A stretch of DNA of 64,000 nt from Octopus sinensis (taxonomy: Eukaryota). Positions 1 to 13,670 of this stretch are shown here, one piece after another. The notes below the pieces were generated by a model. That model was not told the origin of the DNA. It saw nothing but the letters and a program-made list of their open reading frames with translations, and made no database searches. A program made the position numbers and the translations under genes. The DNA lies in assembly GCF_006345805.1 (NCBI RefSeq), contig NC_042998.1, positions 50,468,001-50,532,000 of the forward strand. The letters are read 5' to 3'. Numbering within the stretch: position 1 is the stretch's first letter; the number at the start of each line of letters is the position of its first letter.

Positions 1-254
1 GTAATCTTTATTTTAAAAAAAATTTTCCTTTATTGGTTTCAGCCAATAAACTGCCGTCATGCTGCGGTACATTTCGAACGAATCGATCCTAATACATATG
101 TTTTTTCTTTTCTGTTTTTTTTTTTCTTTTCAATTGTGAGTCTGGTCCGTATTACAGGGACGCAAACGAACCAACTCCGGCTTTCAAGATGTGAGGGCGA
201 GGTATACAATCACAGACACAAAGACGCACACAAACATAGATATACATGCATGCA

Positions 255-291
<37 letters not shown>

Positions 292-350
292 CAGAGTTGT
301 ACTTGCATAGCAAGTGACCTGATCTGAGATCGTGTGCTGGAACGAAAACA

Positions 351-630
351 ATTGCAGCGTGGAAGGTGTTTATAAGCCATTTAAGAAACACACAAAAGCC
401 GTTAGATTCACTTCAACATTTAAATTTAATTCGCCAAAATATTTTCGTCGCTTTGAGACCGCGACCTGTTCGCTGACAATATTCCGTGCTGGATCTGAAT
501 TTTGTCAGTGAACAGGTCGCGGTCTCAAAGCGACGAAAATATTTTGGCAAATTTAATTTAAATGTTGAAGTGAATCTAATGGTTTTTGTGTGTTTCTTAA
601 ATGGCTTATAAACACCTTCCACACTGCAAT
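351..630. repeat. Fold-back inverted repeat (~130-bp arms, ~15-nt loop), PLE-type terminus
   Basis: 351-483 is the reverse complement of 498-630 with a few substitutions; the right arm contains a hammerhead-like motif. Confidence 0.85.
501..551 (+). ncRNA. Minimal type-I hammerhead ribozyme motif with G3-C8 core variant
   Basis: tttgtca-GTGAACA-g-gtcgc(loop)gcgac-GAAA-atat-TT-tggcaaa: 7-bp helix I (one G-U), 5-bp helix II, palindromic AATATT helix III. Confidence 0.55.
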
Positions 631-660
631 TATATATATGTATATATTTATATTTATATA

Positions 661-815
661 CACGATGGACTTCCACACACTTTTCGTCTACCAAATTCAC
701 TCACAAGGCATCAGAACATTAGTCGACCCGAGGTTGTAATAGAAGACCGTACAGTGGGATTGAACTCTAAATGAATTGATTGCAAAGCAACCTTCTAAAC
801 ACACACCTATACCTG
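661..815 (-). mobile_element. SINE-A head fragment, degenerate
   Basis: Similar to the head region of the SINE-A copies at 6396-6806 and 46660-47165. Confidence 0.6.
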
Positions 816-863
816 CGATAACTGACATATTTCTTGATTTGATTGTGTGCTTGATTTGCTCAC

Positions 864-1011
864 GGAAAAGTCCCTTTAATATATCGAGTGTTTAGGGCTA
901 TTTATCTCTCACCAGACGGAGTAATTTTTTCCGTTGATCTTACCTCGTGGTACAGTATATTTTAATATACATACATACATACATACATATATATACATAT
1001 ATATATATTTG

Positions 1012-1067
<56 letters not shown>

Positions 1068-1195
1068 CAAATATATATATATGTATATATATATGTATGT
1101 ATGTATGTATGTATATTAAAATCAACGGAAAAAATTACTCCGTCTGGTGAGAGATAAATAGCCCTAAACACTCGATATATTAAAGGGACTTTTCC
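864..1195. repeat. Inverted repeat centred on (AT)n, with a third partial arm at ~1330-1387
   Basis: ggaaaagtccctttaat...ttttaatatac is mirrored by gtatattaaaa...attaaagggacttttcc. Confidence 0.85.
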
Positions 1196-1470
1196 ATATA
1201 TATATATAAATGTATATATATGTATACATACATATATATATTATATATATATATTATATATATTATATATATATGTATTTTATGTATGTATGTATGTATG
1301 TATGTATGTATGTATATGTATGTATGTATGTATATTAAAATACACTGTGCCACGGGGTAAGATCAACGAAAAGATTTACTCCGTCTATATATATTTTTAT
1401 GGCTAGTAATAATTTCATGCGATGAAAATGACTCAGGCAGCCTTTTACAAGACACGCAGTCCTATATAAA

Positions 1471-2310
<840 letters not shown>

Positions 2311-2339
2311 AAAACGCTACCGGTAACATATAATCCAGT

Positions 2340-3215
2340 AAAACTTACCGCATGGTCATGTCATCGGCGACTAAACAGGCAACCCCAGTAAGCTTAATCA
2401 GTGAGGAGAGTATTTCCACAACCTACAGGATGAATATAAAAACCTGTCAAAGGGCAGATGAGCTCATTAAAGTCGACGGTCATCCAATACTGTACACAGG
2501 CTTAGTACTGCTATTTCTCATGGACAGCGATTGTTCCTGCAGCAGTCATCGACAAACTGGTGACTTTGGTGCAGAAAACACTGGCTGCACAGAGGATTGA
2601 CATGTTCTCAACAATGGGCAGGCACAACAGGTTCAGTTGGCAGAGAATCCCAAGAATGAGAATGTAGGCATGGTGTACCACATTACTGGGAGTCAGAGAC
2701 GCATAGTCCTTGTTAGGTCATTACTCTAGGAAAAGGAAAAATAAAACTGCGATGTAAAATCTACGACTCTATTACAGCAAATGGCTGTTGATTAGTTCTT
2801 TTTACGGTGTATGTCATCGTTGATCAAAGTGTGGGATTGGTTATGTTCAAAGCGTCTCTTTACTTTAAACAGCGCCATGCATGGGAGAATGTTACCTGCC
2901 TCTTACAAGGACCATCGGACAAATGAATTAGTATTACAAGTAGGTGGAAGACGACCACTCCTGAGCATTGTGAAAAAACAAAAGCTCATCTATTACAGCC
3001 ATATTTAAAGAAGCAGAGATCTAGAAAGCATTATCATGGAAGGAAGAGTAGAGGGTGGAAGATCAAGAGGCAGGTAAAGAACGCAGCGGATAAGCAACAT
3101 CAGGAACTGGTTGGAGAAGAGTGGAAAAGCAGCTGGAGAACTATCGCTTAATCGAGAAGACTTTCGTTGAAGTGTTGTCAATGGGCTGCAGACGCACGAT
3201 ACATGATAACGACGA
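2340..3215 (+). mobile_element. RTE-clade LINE remnant (clear 3' end; possible 5' part joined by internal deletion)
   Basis: 2900-3170 translates to SYKDHRTNELVL...LLSIVKKQKLIYYSHI*...IIMEGRVEGGRSRGR, the typical RTE C-terminus, with stops. Confidence 0.7.
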
Positions 3216-3679
3216 TGAATCGTCTTGATGATTCATCGTCATTGACGCCATGTCGTACGACTGCTGAGGAGTTTAGTATCTGAATGTAGTTTAGGCTCAT
3301 GAAAGAAAAATTGTTGTGCTATTAATTTTCGTTTTCTCTACAGATCCTAACACGTAACATTTTTTAGCATCCTGTGTTGGAACTATGCGCATTTCTTAAC
3401 GCTAGAAATCATAGATGTTTAATTTTTTGTGCATCATTTGCTAAACTCTGAATGATAACTGGTTTCTACAAGCGTAAACACTTTCTTTTCTCGGTAGATC
3501 ATTATGTCAAGTTTGACATGCCTAAATTTTACAGAGAATTTTACAGAAACATCGCAACAATATCCTTTCATATGCTGAGTGAATATTCCCTCTAGCTCGC
3601 CGTATCCTGTTATATCTTCATCTTGAGGACTTCGACTTCTCTTTCTATGATTGCATTGTATAAATTATTTATTTATCAT

Positions 3680-3714
<35 letters not shown>

Positions 3715-3729
3715 TTTTGATTATTCATC

Positions 3730-4290
3730 ATACTTCGATTGTAGATAGTACTGTGATAGCAGTTAATGACAAACAGCTGCTTACGATGTTGTTTACATCT
3801 TTGGTATTATCAATTATTCAGTGTCTTCTTCAGTTGTCACATCTTGATATTTTAACAGCATACTTATACCTTTTGCGCGTCTATTACTTTGTAGATATTC
3901 CCTCTTATTGGATCGCAAAATCCTACCTTTCAAAGTAAGAGCTAGTGGCAGTTGATACAGTATAGATTCCCTTGATTTTAGCCTTGTTGTTTTCACTTTA
4001 AAGTTTTCTGACAACGTAGCCATTCATGATCTGTTGATAAGCAGAAAGCCTTTCATCTAAGATTATGTTTCAGTAGATCTGTGCAACTTCCCTGGGCGCG
4101 TATCCCTGCTTATCCTTTATAGGATGTTTTTCAGGATACTCTTTCCAAATCTCATGAATCTGTTTCCTTTATGTATCCAGATTCGATCCATTGATCCATT
4201 GATTATTGACTTGTAGATATTACCGAAGAGGTGGACTAGGTACAGTATAATAGCCAAAGACTACTAAAGCGGAGATGGAACACTGCTCAT
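3730..4290 (-). pseudogene. Degenerate N-terminal region of an R4/Dong-like non-LTR ORF
   Basis: One frame with several stops reads VFGYY...RKQIHEIWKE...DERLSAYQQIMNG, resembling the remembered R4 motif CYY...YRKRMxxIWxE...EQRLxDQxRxI. Confidence 0.4.
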
Positions 4291-4814
4291 CTGGTCTTAA
4301 TGTTAAGACCAGATCTAGATGTTAAAACCAGATCATTAAGACCACATCTCATCTGGTAGCCCAGATGTTTGTATGCGTATTAGAACGCAAAGCATATTCT
4401 GGACTACGGTTTATTCTGCACATAGAGCTTTGAAAAGCGTATCTTTTGTCACCCTGTTGCAATGTTCCTCGGTTAAGCGTTTCTTGTTACATGGATGAAC
4501 AATTTATACTCAAGTTTCTTCTTGACTATCTATCATTTTTCTCTCTTTCTTGTTTTTCCTATCTCCCTCATTCACGTTCTCTTACTTATATGCAAATAAC
4601 GACATTCTTTATAATCGAACCAAGTGAAAGCTAGTTTATTGAGTGAGGTACCTTTTGAAAAGTCACCTGACATGACACATCTGCACTATAACCAGTTGTA
4701 TAGAATCTCACTCGCGACAGATTGATGCAAGATGAGTCGAAAAAATCGTTGTGATTAATAAAGAATCTCACAAATTCCATTCTCTGTTTCTTCCATTTGT
4801 TATATATATATATA

Positions 4815-5040
4815 TATGGTAAATCCAAAAAAGAAGAACAAACACAAAAAAAACAACAACGCAACAACGCGAGGACGTGGTACATGTAAAGAATTAGCAG
4901 ACGCTCAGGGAAGGAATGAAAGATGGTTTAACGTTTCGAGCAATGCTCGTTTTCAGGAATAGAGGAAAGACCAATAGAAAGGAAGACGGAGGAAGAAAAT
5001 CGCCAACGATTCACGTGTGGTTACATTTTGAAATGACCGG
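4815..5040 (-). mobile_element. PLE-type terminal repeat with a decayed hammerhead (4927-4959)
   Basis: Homologous to 20540-20765 (+); minus strand reads CTGAAAA-c-gagc-att-gctc-GAAA-cg-TT (G8A). Confidence 0.6.
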
Positions 5041-5372
5041 AAGGGAATGGGTGAAAAAAAGTTCTTCCTAAGACAGGAGAGAGTAAGAGAAAGATGTATG
5101 TGTGTTCATGTGTGGTATGTGCGTGCGCGAAAGTCTCAGTGTGTGTGTGTGTGTGTAATAGCACTTGTTTGTGCGTATGTGTGTGTATGTGTTGTGTGTG
5201 TGGTGTTGTGTGTGGTTTTGGCTGTTTATATGTGTATGTGTGAGTGAACTTTGTGTCTCAATGTTGTATGAAGAATTCAGCAGCATGGTAACAGGAGTGG
5301 CGTGGCGGTGCTTTGTGTAGCTGTGTATACATGCATACATACATACATACATACATACATACATACACACAC

Positions 5373-5404
<32 letters not shown>

Positions 5405-5405
5405 G

Positions 5406-5458
<53 letters not shown>

Positions 5459-6395
5459 GAAACGCGGAGTAGATAAAACAGGGTCAACTGGAGAAGGGGA
5501 ATATTCTTTATGTTGTATGTCTCATTTCTCTGTCTTTTTCCTGGTTTGCAAAAAGTTTGTTTCTTTGTTTTCGTTTCTCATTCTGTTCAACGTTTTTTGA
5601 TGTCCTGTACCCATATATGCATGTATACATAAATATATGTGTAGGTATCTATATATATGTATGTATTTATGTATATATTTATATATTATTTATATTATAT
5701 ATATATATGTAAATATATATACACACATATAAATAAACATATTTATACACATACATATATATATATATATACATATAGATACACATATACAAATATATAA
5801 ACATATATATACACACATACATAGATGTATGAGAGAGGTGGTTGTGGCTGATTGAGTGACAGAGAACGAATGTGAGAGGCAGGCAGATAGATAGATCCGA
5901 ATAAAATATTGAAAATGAGTGACAATGAACAAAACAGCGACATCTTCACAGTACGCATCGGTGAAAATGTAGTGACAATATATTAGTGTTCTGTCAGCAG
6001 TAAATCAACTCCATTGACATAAAAGGACACGAAATCCGCCGTAGTATGTATTTGGACGTGCATATAGGATGAGTGCTTGCTCGTACTTTCGTGCGTTGTG
6101 GAATGCATACGTGTTGGTGAGTATTCACCAATAGGTCAATTCGTGCAATTACTTATGTTTACAGTGTGTCTACGTGACTGGCCGTTCGATATGTGCATCT
6201 GTGTCGGGGAGAATGACAGTATAAGTAATTTGTAGATTCCATTGAAAAATCTAGGCCTGCAAATATTTGTATGGGTTGCATGCATTTGTGTTTACTTGGC
6301 TGTCTGTATTTTGCACTGCGACTATTTGAACCGGTGGCGTTCTGTGTGTTTGTGTGTGAGAACATGTGAAAGAGTATGTGTTCGTTTATATTATG

Positions 6396-6604
6396 CTCTT
6401 TTACTTGTTTCAGTCATTTGACTGCGGCCATGCTGGAGCACCAACTTTAGTCGAAGAAATCGAGCGCAGAACTTATTCTTTGTAAGACTAATACTTACTC
6501 TATCGGTCCTTTTTTGCCGTACCACTAAGTTGCGGGGATGTAAACGCCAACATTTGTTGTTAAGCGATGGTGGGGGAACAAATACAGACACACAAATAGA
6601 TACA

Positions 6605-6642
<38 letters not shown>

Positions 6643-6806
6643 CGACGGGCTTCTTTCAGTTTCCGTCAACTAAATCCATTCACAAGGCTTTGGTTGGTCC
6701 GAGGCTATAATAGAAGACACTTGCCCAAAGTGCCACGCAGTGGGACTGAACCCAGAACCATGTTGTTGGGAAGCAAGCTCCTTACCATACAGCCACTCCT
6801 GCGCCT
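6396..6806 (-). mobile_element. SINE-A, full length
   Basis: Head aggcgcaggagtggctgtatggtaag...ggttcagtccc, internal (TA)n, complete tail. Confidence 0.9.
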
Positions 6807-6819
6807 ATATACTTATATT

Positions 6820-7210
6820 TCTTTTTATTCTTTCATTTGTTTCAGTCATCTGACTGTGGCTATGCTGGAGCACCACTATTAGTCAAACAAATCGACCCCA
6901 GGAATTATTCTTTGTAAGCCTAATACTTATTCTATCGTTCGCTGTTACCGAACCACTAAGTTACGGGAACGTAAACGCATCGACATCGGTTGCCAAGCGA
7001 TGGTAGGGGGAGCGGACAAACACAGACACATAAACATACACAAAGATGTATGAATACGAGGGGCTCCTTTCAATTTCCGTCTACCAAATCCACTCAGAAG
7101 GCTTTAGTCGGACCGAAGCTATAGTAGAAGATACTTGCCTAAGGTGTCACGCAGTGGTACTGAATGTGGTGGGTAAGCAAGCTACTTACCACACAGCCAC
7201 TCCTGCGCCT
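6820..7210 (-). mobile_element. SINE-A, full length, tandem with the previous copy
   Basis: Same head and tail motifs. Confidence 0.9.
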
Positions 7211-7616
7211 GTATATAGCCTACGATTTTTTTTTATATATGAGTATGTTTATAGGCAAAGGTTTGATTTTTTGTAAAAGTATAAACCTTTGTATTATTGT
7301 TGTTCTGTTGTTTGTGTGCGTATTTAAGTGTGTAGGTTTATGTGTGTGTGTATGTGTGCTTATGTGTGTGGTTGAATACTTGGGGAAATTTAGAGTCACT
7401 GATATTTCACTTGAAGTAATGGAAATCAGGCTTTAGGAAGGGAGATAAGAGAAGTTTTTGAAAGTAATCTTGAAGAAAAAGCATTGCACGAAATAATGAG
7501 AACTGAAGTTCCGGCAAAATATGCGATATTACCCGATATAATAAGGGGGTTTGGATGGTTTTAGATAGTGGTAGTGATGGTTGGATAAAACAGACGTCAT
7601 ACATATTTTTTGTGCT

Positions 7617-7669
<53 letters not shown>

Positions 7670-8094
7670 GCTCAGCACTGGATGAAACTTGATCGAACAG
7701 ACTTTAGCAATATTCATCTCATTATTCTTCTGACATAGTGTTTTTAGTACATTTATCTAATATCTTCTTTATTTTATTTTCCTAGTTCAGTAGAGTGTGA
7801 TTTCATCGCGGTTTGACTGTTGTTTTTTTGCTCATTGCAGTCGACTCACAAAGGCTCCAGTACTAACAAAAGCTCCACCATTGACAAAGCCCCCCGTGTT
7901 ACGGGGTCCAGTCATTGACCTGACTTATTCTATGGCCCATATATTTAGCTTTATTGCAAAGCGGTGTTCCAATACTGCAGTTCTCCATCTTCTGAAATTC
8001 TATTATCCAAACTAAGTTATTTAATCGATACTCGGAATTAACCGCATTTTCTATCTTTTGTATCTTTTTTTCTATTTTACAGTGATAATAGATA

Positions 8095-8657
8095 TTGGGT
8101 TGTCCGGAAAGTTCGTGCCGATTTATAGTAGCTTACATTTCGACTTATTTTAGAACATGGTTGAGTCCATAAAATAGGATTTGACTACACCTCCATTTAC
8201 AGCACAGTTTAAGCTATCTTTTCGCTGAAGAAGGTTTATGTTCCTATAACCTGTGTTAATTCTGTAACCCTTTAAAATGGAAGATAAAGTTCTTCTTCGG
8301 CACTTGATGCATTGGGAACCAGACAAAAATTGCTGCAGCTCGGCTGGGATATGTTACACCTCCCTCCATATTCACCAGATGTTGCTCCTTCGGATTTCCA
8401 CTTATTCAGGTCTCTGCAGAATAATCTTAATGGTAAAAATTTCAATTCCTTGGATGACGTAAAAAGATACCTCGATGAATTCTTTGCCATGAAACCACCT
8501 CAATTCTGGGAAGAGGGTATTTTCAAGTTAAAGGAAAGATGGAGACGTATTGTGCAGCAAAATGGTTCATATTTGGTTGATTAAAAATGTAATGGCATTT
8601 ATTCATTAACCTTTATCTTTCCTTTAAAAATAGGCATGAACTTTCCGGACAACCTAA
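8095..8657 (+). mobile_element. Non-autonomous mariner (internal deletion derivative)
   Basis: ~30-bp TIRs ttgggttgtccggaaagttcgtgccg; TA on the left; transposase C-terminus LHLPPYSPDVAPSDFHLFRSLQ at 8312-8584. Confidence 0.92.
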
Positions 8658-9030
8658 GACTTTCGGTGCGAAATTGTAAAGCAACAGTCCATAGTCACGA
8701 GCTGTCATTGCGTATACAATCGGGAATGCAGTACGAACGTTTCTTTATATAAACAAATTGAATAACGAACATTTTTTTTTTCTTAATAAAATTAAACTCG
8801 AATTGAAATTTGATAATGAAAACCGAGCAGACTACGCACGCGTATAAGTGAGTGAGAACCCATTCATTTAGCGGACAAAATGTCATCAGCAAGCAACGAG
8901 ATGACTACACAGGCGTATAAGTGTTAGGAGAGCATATACGAATGTTTTATTTTCATGTTTTTCTTTTTCTGTAGCTTGCAAATATTTATATACTCTATAG
9001 AAAATAATGTTTCTCATATTTTTGGCTATT

Positions 9031-9275
9031 GAATTTGAAGGGCTGGAAGTGCTGCCTCGCCTTGCCCAAAGTCAAGACCGTGCACCATCAAAAAACTCCC
9101 TTTTCCGAACCATGGCTCATTTCTTGCGTGAACGGAGGTTCAACAATGTGGACAAGGTTGAAAACGTATGTAGGGAGATTTTGCTTCTAAGCCAGTCAAA
9201 TGGTATAAGCGAGGAACTGAGCATCTGATACAACGATGACAACAGACAATAGAGTGAACTGGGATATATTTCAAT
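9031..9275 (+). pseudogene. Mariner transposase C-terminal fragment (second family)
   Basis: EVLPRLAQSQDRAPSKNSLFRTMAHFLRERRFNNV ~ EVLPHPAYSPDLAPSDYxLFRSM; frameshifted. Confidence 0.8.
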
Positions 9276-9413
9276 GACGAAATGCTTTCAAATAATAATT
9301 AAAGCTTGAAATACAAAAATGTTTATGACTCGGTTTGGTTTGCATACATACATACATATTCGTGTGTGTGTATATATATGTGCGCGTGTGTATGTGTGTA
9401 ATGTATGTATGTG

Positions 9414-9623
9414 TGGGGGCACGTGGCTTAATGGTTTGTGAGTTGGATTCATGATTGGAAGACTACAGTTTCGATTCCTGGACCGGGTGACGCATTGTGT
9501 TCTTGGGTTTCATTTCGCTTTGCTCCATTTCACCCAGTTGATAAAAGTGCATAATCCTGCGACAGATCGGCATCTCGCCCAAGGGGGGATATATGCCCCA
9601 CGGAAACCAGGAAACCAGTCCTA
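9414..9623 (+). mobile_element. tRNA-derived SINE-C
   Basis: gtggcttaatgg (A box), gtttcgattcc (B box), ttgtgttcttg core, cctgcgacagatcggcatc module. Confidence 0.65.
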
Positions 9624-9741
9624 TGTATGTGTGTATTTATGTATGTATGTATGTATGTATGTATGTATGTATGTATGTATGTATGTATGTATGTATGTAC
9701 ATAGATACATACATACGCACGCACACACACCCGCACACTCA

Positions 9742-9774
<33 letters not shown>

Positions 9775-10336
9775 GCACGCACACACATAATTCACAGATG
9801 GGATCCAGAGATTCTCCGTATAGAAGACACTACAAAGTGCTCAAAAGATTCAAACTTAGATTCCGATGTCTTTACAGATCATTCAACGAGGTAAAGAAAG
9901 GCTATAAGAGGAATCAAGTTGAGCAGGTATAGAGGCAATTATGCGGATAAACAAATTAGACGCATCAAATATATTAAATATCTTAAATGCATCAAATACA
10001 AAATATGTATACATGTATATATACAAAACGAGAGAGCAAAAGGTGGAAACTTTCAGATAATGAAATTTTATGTATAGATAGTTATATTAATAGATCTAAC
10101 GTAAACAGAGTACAAACGACAGAGAATACACGCACATACACACACACACACACATTCGTACATACATATATGTTTATGTATTTGTTACTGATAGATGGAC
10201 AAATACAGCACCAAATCATGCTTTTCCTTCACATGTAACGAACAATTTGCTTAATGAACAAAGATATAGATCAGATCATATTCGCATATAGAGACCTCAT
10301 TGTAATCTGTACTAATATTTCTGAAAACCTACACGA

Positions 10337-10670
10337 TGGCGCAGGCATGGCTTGTGGTAAGAATTTTGCTTCCCGACCACATGGTTCTGAGTTCAGTCCC
10401 ACTGCGAAGCACCTTGGGCAAGTGTTTTCTACTATAGCCTCATGCAGAGGCACCGCCTTGAAGGGCTTAGCTGAACGACTTGACACCAGTACGTATTTTG
10501 TAAATCTGTTACTTGTTCTCTTGTCTATTTTGCCGAACCGCCTAAGTCAAGAGGCTCTGTTCGACCTGAGGCTATAGTAAAAGACACTTACTCGAGGTGT
10601 CGCGCAGTGGGACTGAACCCCGGACCATGTGGTTGAGAAGCAAACTTCTTACCACAATGCCATGTCTGCA
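10337..10670. mobile_element. Nested SINE-A fragments in opposite orientations
   Basis: Plus-strand head at ~10337-10445 followed by minus-strand tail and head pieces. Confidence 0.7.
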
Positions 10671-10759
10671 CTTACACCCACACGCACACACACACATACA
10701 TAAACATAAATATGTATATATAAATATGTATATAGATAGACAGACTGGCAGACAAATTC

Positions 10760-10830
<71 letters not shown>

Positions 10831-10842
10831 CTATATAGATAA

Positions 10843-10936
<94 letters not shown>

Positions 10937-12905
10937 GGATAGACACACACAAACATATACATTACACACGTATACATGCACACACTGAATCCACAGAGTT
11001 CTAATTTTTACTTAAACACGTTATTTTAAATTCTGTCTGCTATCCTTTCTGATATTATAAACCATAAAATATTTTCAAATGAAACGGATAATGTTATGTT
11101 TTCAATAATACAGTTAATTTAAATTTTAATATATTTTCATTTAAATTTATTTTAGAATATTTTTTTTACTTCATTTAATCGAAATAATAAAAGCAACATT
11201 AATTTAGATTTAATCTTTTCATTTTATATCCTGTGGCATATAAAGTTATTTGTATATACCATACTTGAGTATAATTTAACTAAAACACAACAGAAATCAG
11301 AGGTATTCATTTAGCGTTTATCAGAACGTTGATATCTTTTCTACTGAAGTTTTTAATTTTCAGAGCCTTTAAATTTATTCTTTGAATACTTATCGCCCTA
11401 TCGCCTTAATTTATTTATTCTATACTTTCTTTTCATAGGGAAATAGACAGACGCTATATTCTAAAATTTATATGAATTTTCATTATAGATATAGGTTGTA
11501 TAGTTTTGTACTTTTAAATTATTTTCTTTATATCAAACGAAATAGACTAAATATACCTTTTAATATTGACATAAATTTACATTCAGTATTTAGGCTCCGT
11601 AGTTTATCTATATCAGATAAATATTCATTTTAATACATTTTAGGCATCCATTAAAAAAAATTAGGTATTTTTTTCTTTTATCAACCTAATACTTTCACAA
11701 ATTTTGTACGCATTTTTAATTAAAAGTAATGCTATCTAAAATATTATTTTTAAACCAATGTATAGTTTATTAATATCTCTGTACAATTCAGACTAGATGA
11801 TTCGATGGTGATTCTAGTGACATTGGGAAACAGCAAAAACGGTGAAATACGTATCTGTTGCTCGCACGGTTCTTTTCTGGGGTGATTTCGTTTCGCCTAG
11901 CTTTGAAGTATATTTCGTTTTTTTGTTTTTAGCAATAACTCTACCAGCGGATTTTTCTCAGATTTTAACCGCAGTCTCTGGCTTTTCAACTACATATATA
12001 CGTTATGTATGTTGTATGGTAAAGTTTATATCATGAAGAAATTTTGTAAACGTTATTTTGAAATAGTTCACGATTCGATTTGTAATACGATCTTTTATCA
12101 GTTCTCATTCGGTAATATTCATTACTGGCGAACCAAATCATTTTCACATCATGGACTTTGTATTCATTAAATTCCTAAATCGCTCGAATAATTTCTTAAT
12201 GGAGCGTGCTTGTTTGCGTGTGCACGCACGAGCGTGTTGTGTTCTGACCGATTGAATTCTGAAACTCCTACATTTTAATCAGCGTAAAGTACTCCAGTTC
12301 CAGATATGCTGCATTGAAGGGAGACATAGTTCGAGCGGATTTCGAAGGAGTGCACTTATATATGTTACATATATCCTATAACTATATGTACCACCTGGAA
12401 TAAATGTCTTCTTTACACCTATAATTGTCTTTTCCATCCTTACTATATGTGTGATTGTGTTTGTGTGTGTGAGTGTGTGTGCATGTGTGTATATAAAGAG
12501 AGTGAGCTAAATAGTTAGATGAGCAGACAGACAGACAGACAGACAAACTGACAGACAGATAGATAGAAAGACAGACAGATGTGAGTGTGTACCTACACAC
12601 GTGTCTATGCGCGGCTAAGTATTTATGCATGCATACATGTATGTATCAGTATTATGTATAATTATACAGGGTGGCTCAAAAATTGCATACTTTTAAGCAA
12701 TCTTAAACTTACACATATTTATAAATTAATTTTTAATAGAATGAATACATATTTGAATAGTTGAATAAATATATATATTTGAATAAAGAATAAATACATT
12801 TTTTAAGCAATCTGTGTTCCTCAGTTCTTTAGTACTTTATATTTCTCATGACATTTCTAGGCATATTTCAGAGTTAAATATTCTACATCTCTTGAGCCAT
12901 TATTT

Positions 12906-13086
12906 ACATTATTTACAATTGATGGATATTTGTCCTCATCTTGTTTGTTGTTAACACAACGTTTCGGCTGATATACCCTCCAGCCTTGGGGAAATTTCGC
13001 ACCTGGGTTCTCATTCCTAAAGTATTTTTCGATGTTGTTGTTGTTGTTATAAACAACAACAACAACAACAACACAACAACAACAAC

Positions 13087-13120
<34 letters not shown>

Positions 13121-13237
13121 TCAACAACAACATCGAAAAATACCTAAGGAATGAGAACCCAGCTGGAGGGTATATCAGCCGAAACGTTGTGTTAACAACA
13201 AACAGGATGACAAATATCCGTCAATTGTAAATAATGT
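12906..13237. repeat. PLE-type fold-back around an (AAC/AAT)n spacer; hammerhead core deleted
   Basis: Arms are reverse complements; both keep ggctg...cagcc-GAAA-cg-TT but lack CTGATGA; same family as 62290-62490. Confidence 0.8.
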
Positions 13238-13451
13238 TCATAATTCCTAATGTCTTAAATATAGAACTGTATGTTTTGTGCCATCTCTGTGTATATATTC
13301 AGATGCCCATCCAATGTTTGGTGAGGAGACACTCTAGTGAAGGCGGTATCTTTAGTTGTTCAATTAACAGATTCAACGGATTGATGGCGTACTCTTTGCA
13401 TTGATTGTAGTCTTTTTTGCCGATAGCTCATCTGATATTTTAGAAAAAAAT

Positions 13452-13670
13452 TAAGCGATGAGCTGGTAGAATTGTTAGCACAAGAGTCAAGATGCTGAGC
13501 GGTATTTCGTACGTCTCTACACGCTGAGTTCAAATCCTGCCGAGGTTTACTTTGCTTTTTATTCTTTCGGCGTCGATAAAATAAACACTAGTTGAGTACT
13601 GGTGTCGATTTAATCGACTTAGACTCTCCATTAAAACTGCTAGCCTCGTGCCAAAATTTGAACCCGATAT
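13452..13670 (+). mobile_element. tRNA-derived SINE-B
   Basis: gagctggtagaattgttagc (A box), gagttcaaatcc (B box), tcggcgtcgataaaataa body. Confidence 0.85.

Noticed and set aside
351-630. A/G differences between arms as a trace of ADAR-edited RNA reinsertion
   Set aside because: Most differences fall in CpG context and are explained by deamination.
1141-1190. Hammerhead (CTGGTGA...ctc-GATA)
   Set aside because: Two core mismatches and no helix I pairing; at best a distant remnant.
5900-6170. Helitron Rep-domain remnant
   Set aside because: Similarity requires several frameshifts and no motif is intact.
9798-9890. 93-nt exon (cacag...gag|gtaaag)
   Set aside because: No polypyrimidine tract, lies beside microsatellites, and the translations are unrecognisable.
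11792-11841. 50-nt exon LDDSMVILVTLGNSKN
   Set aside because: Weak donor (GTGAAA) and acceptor; too short to support.
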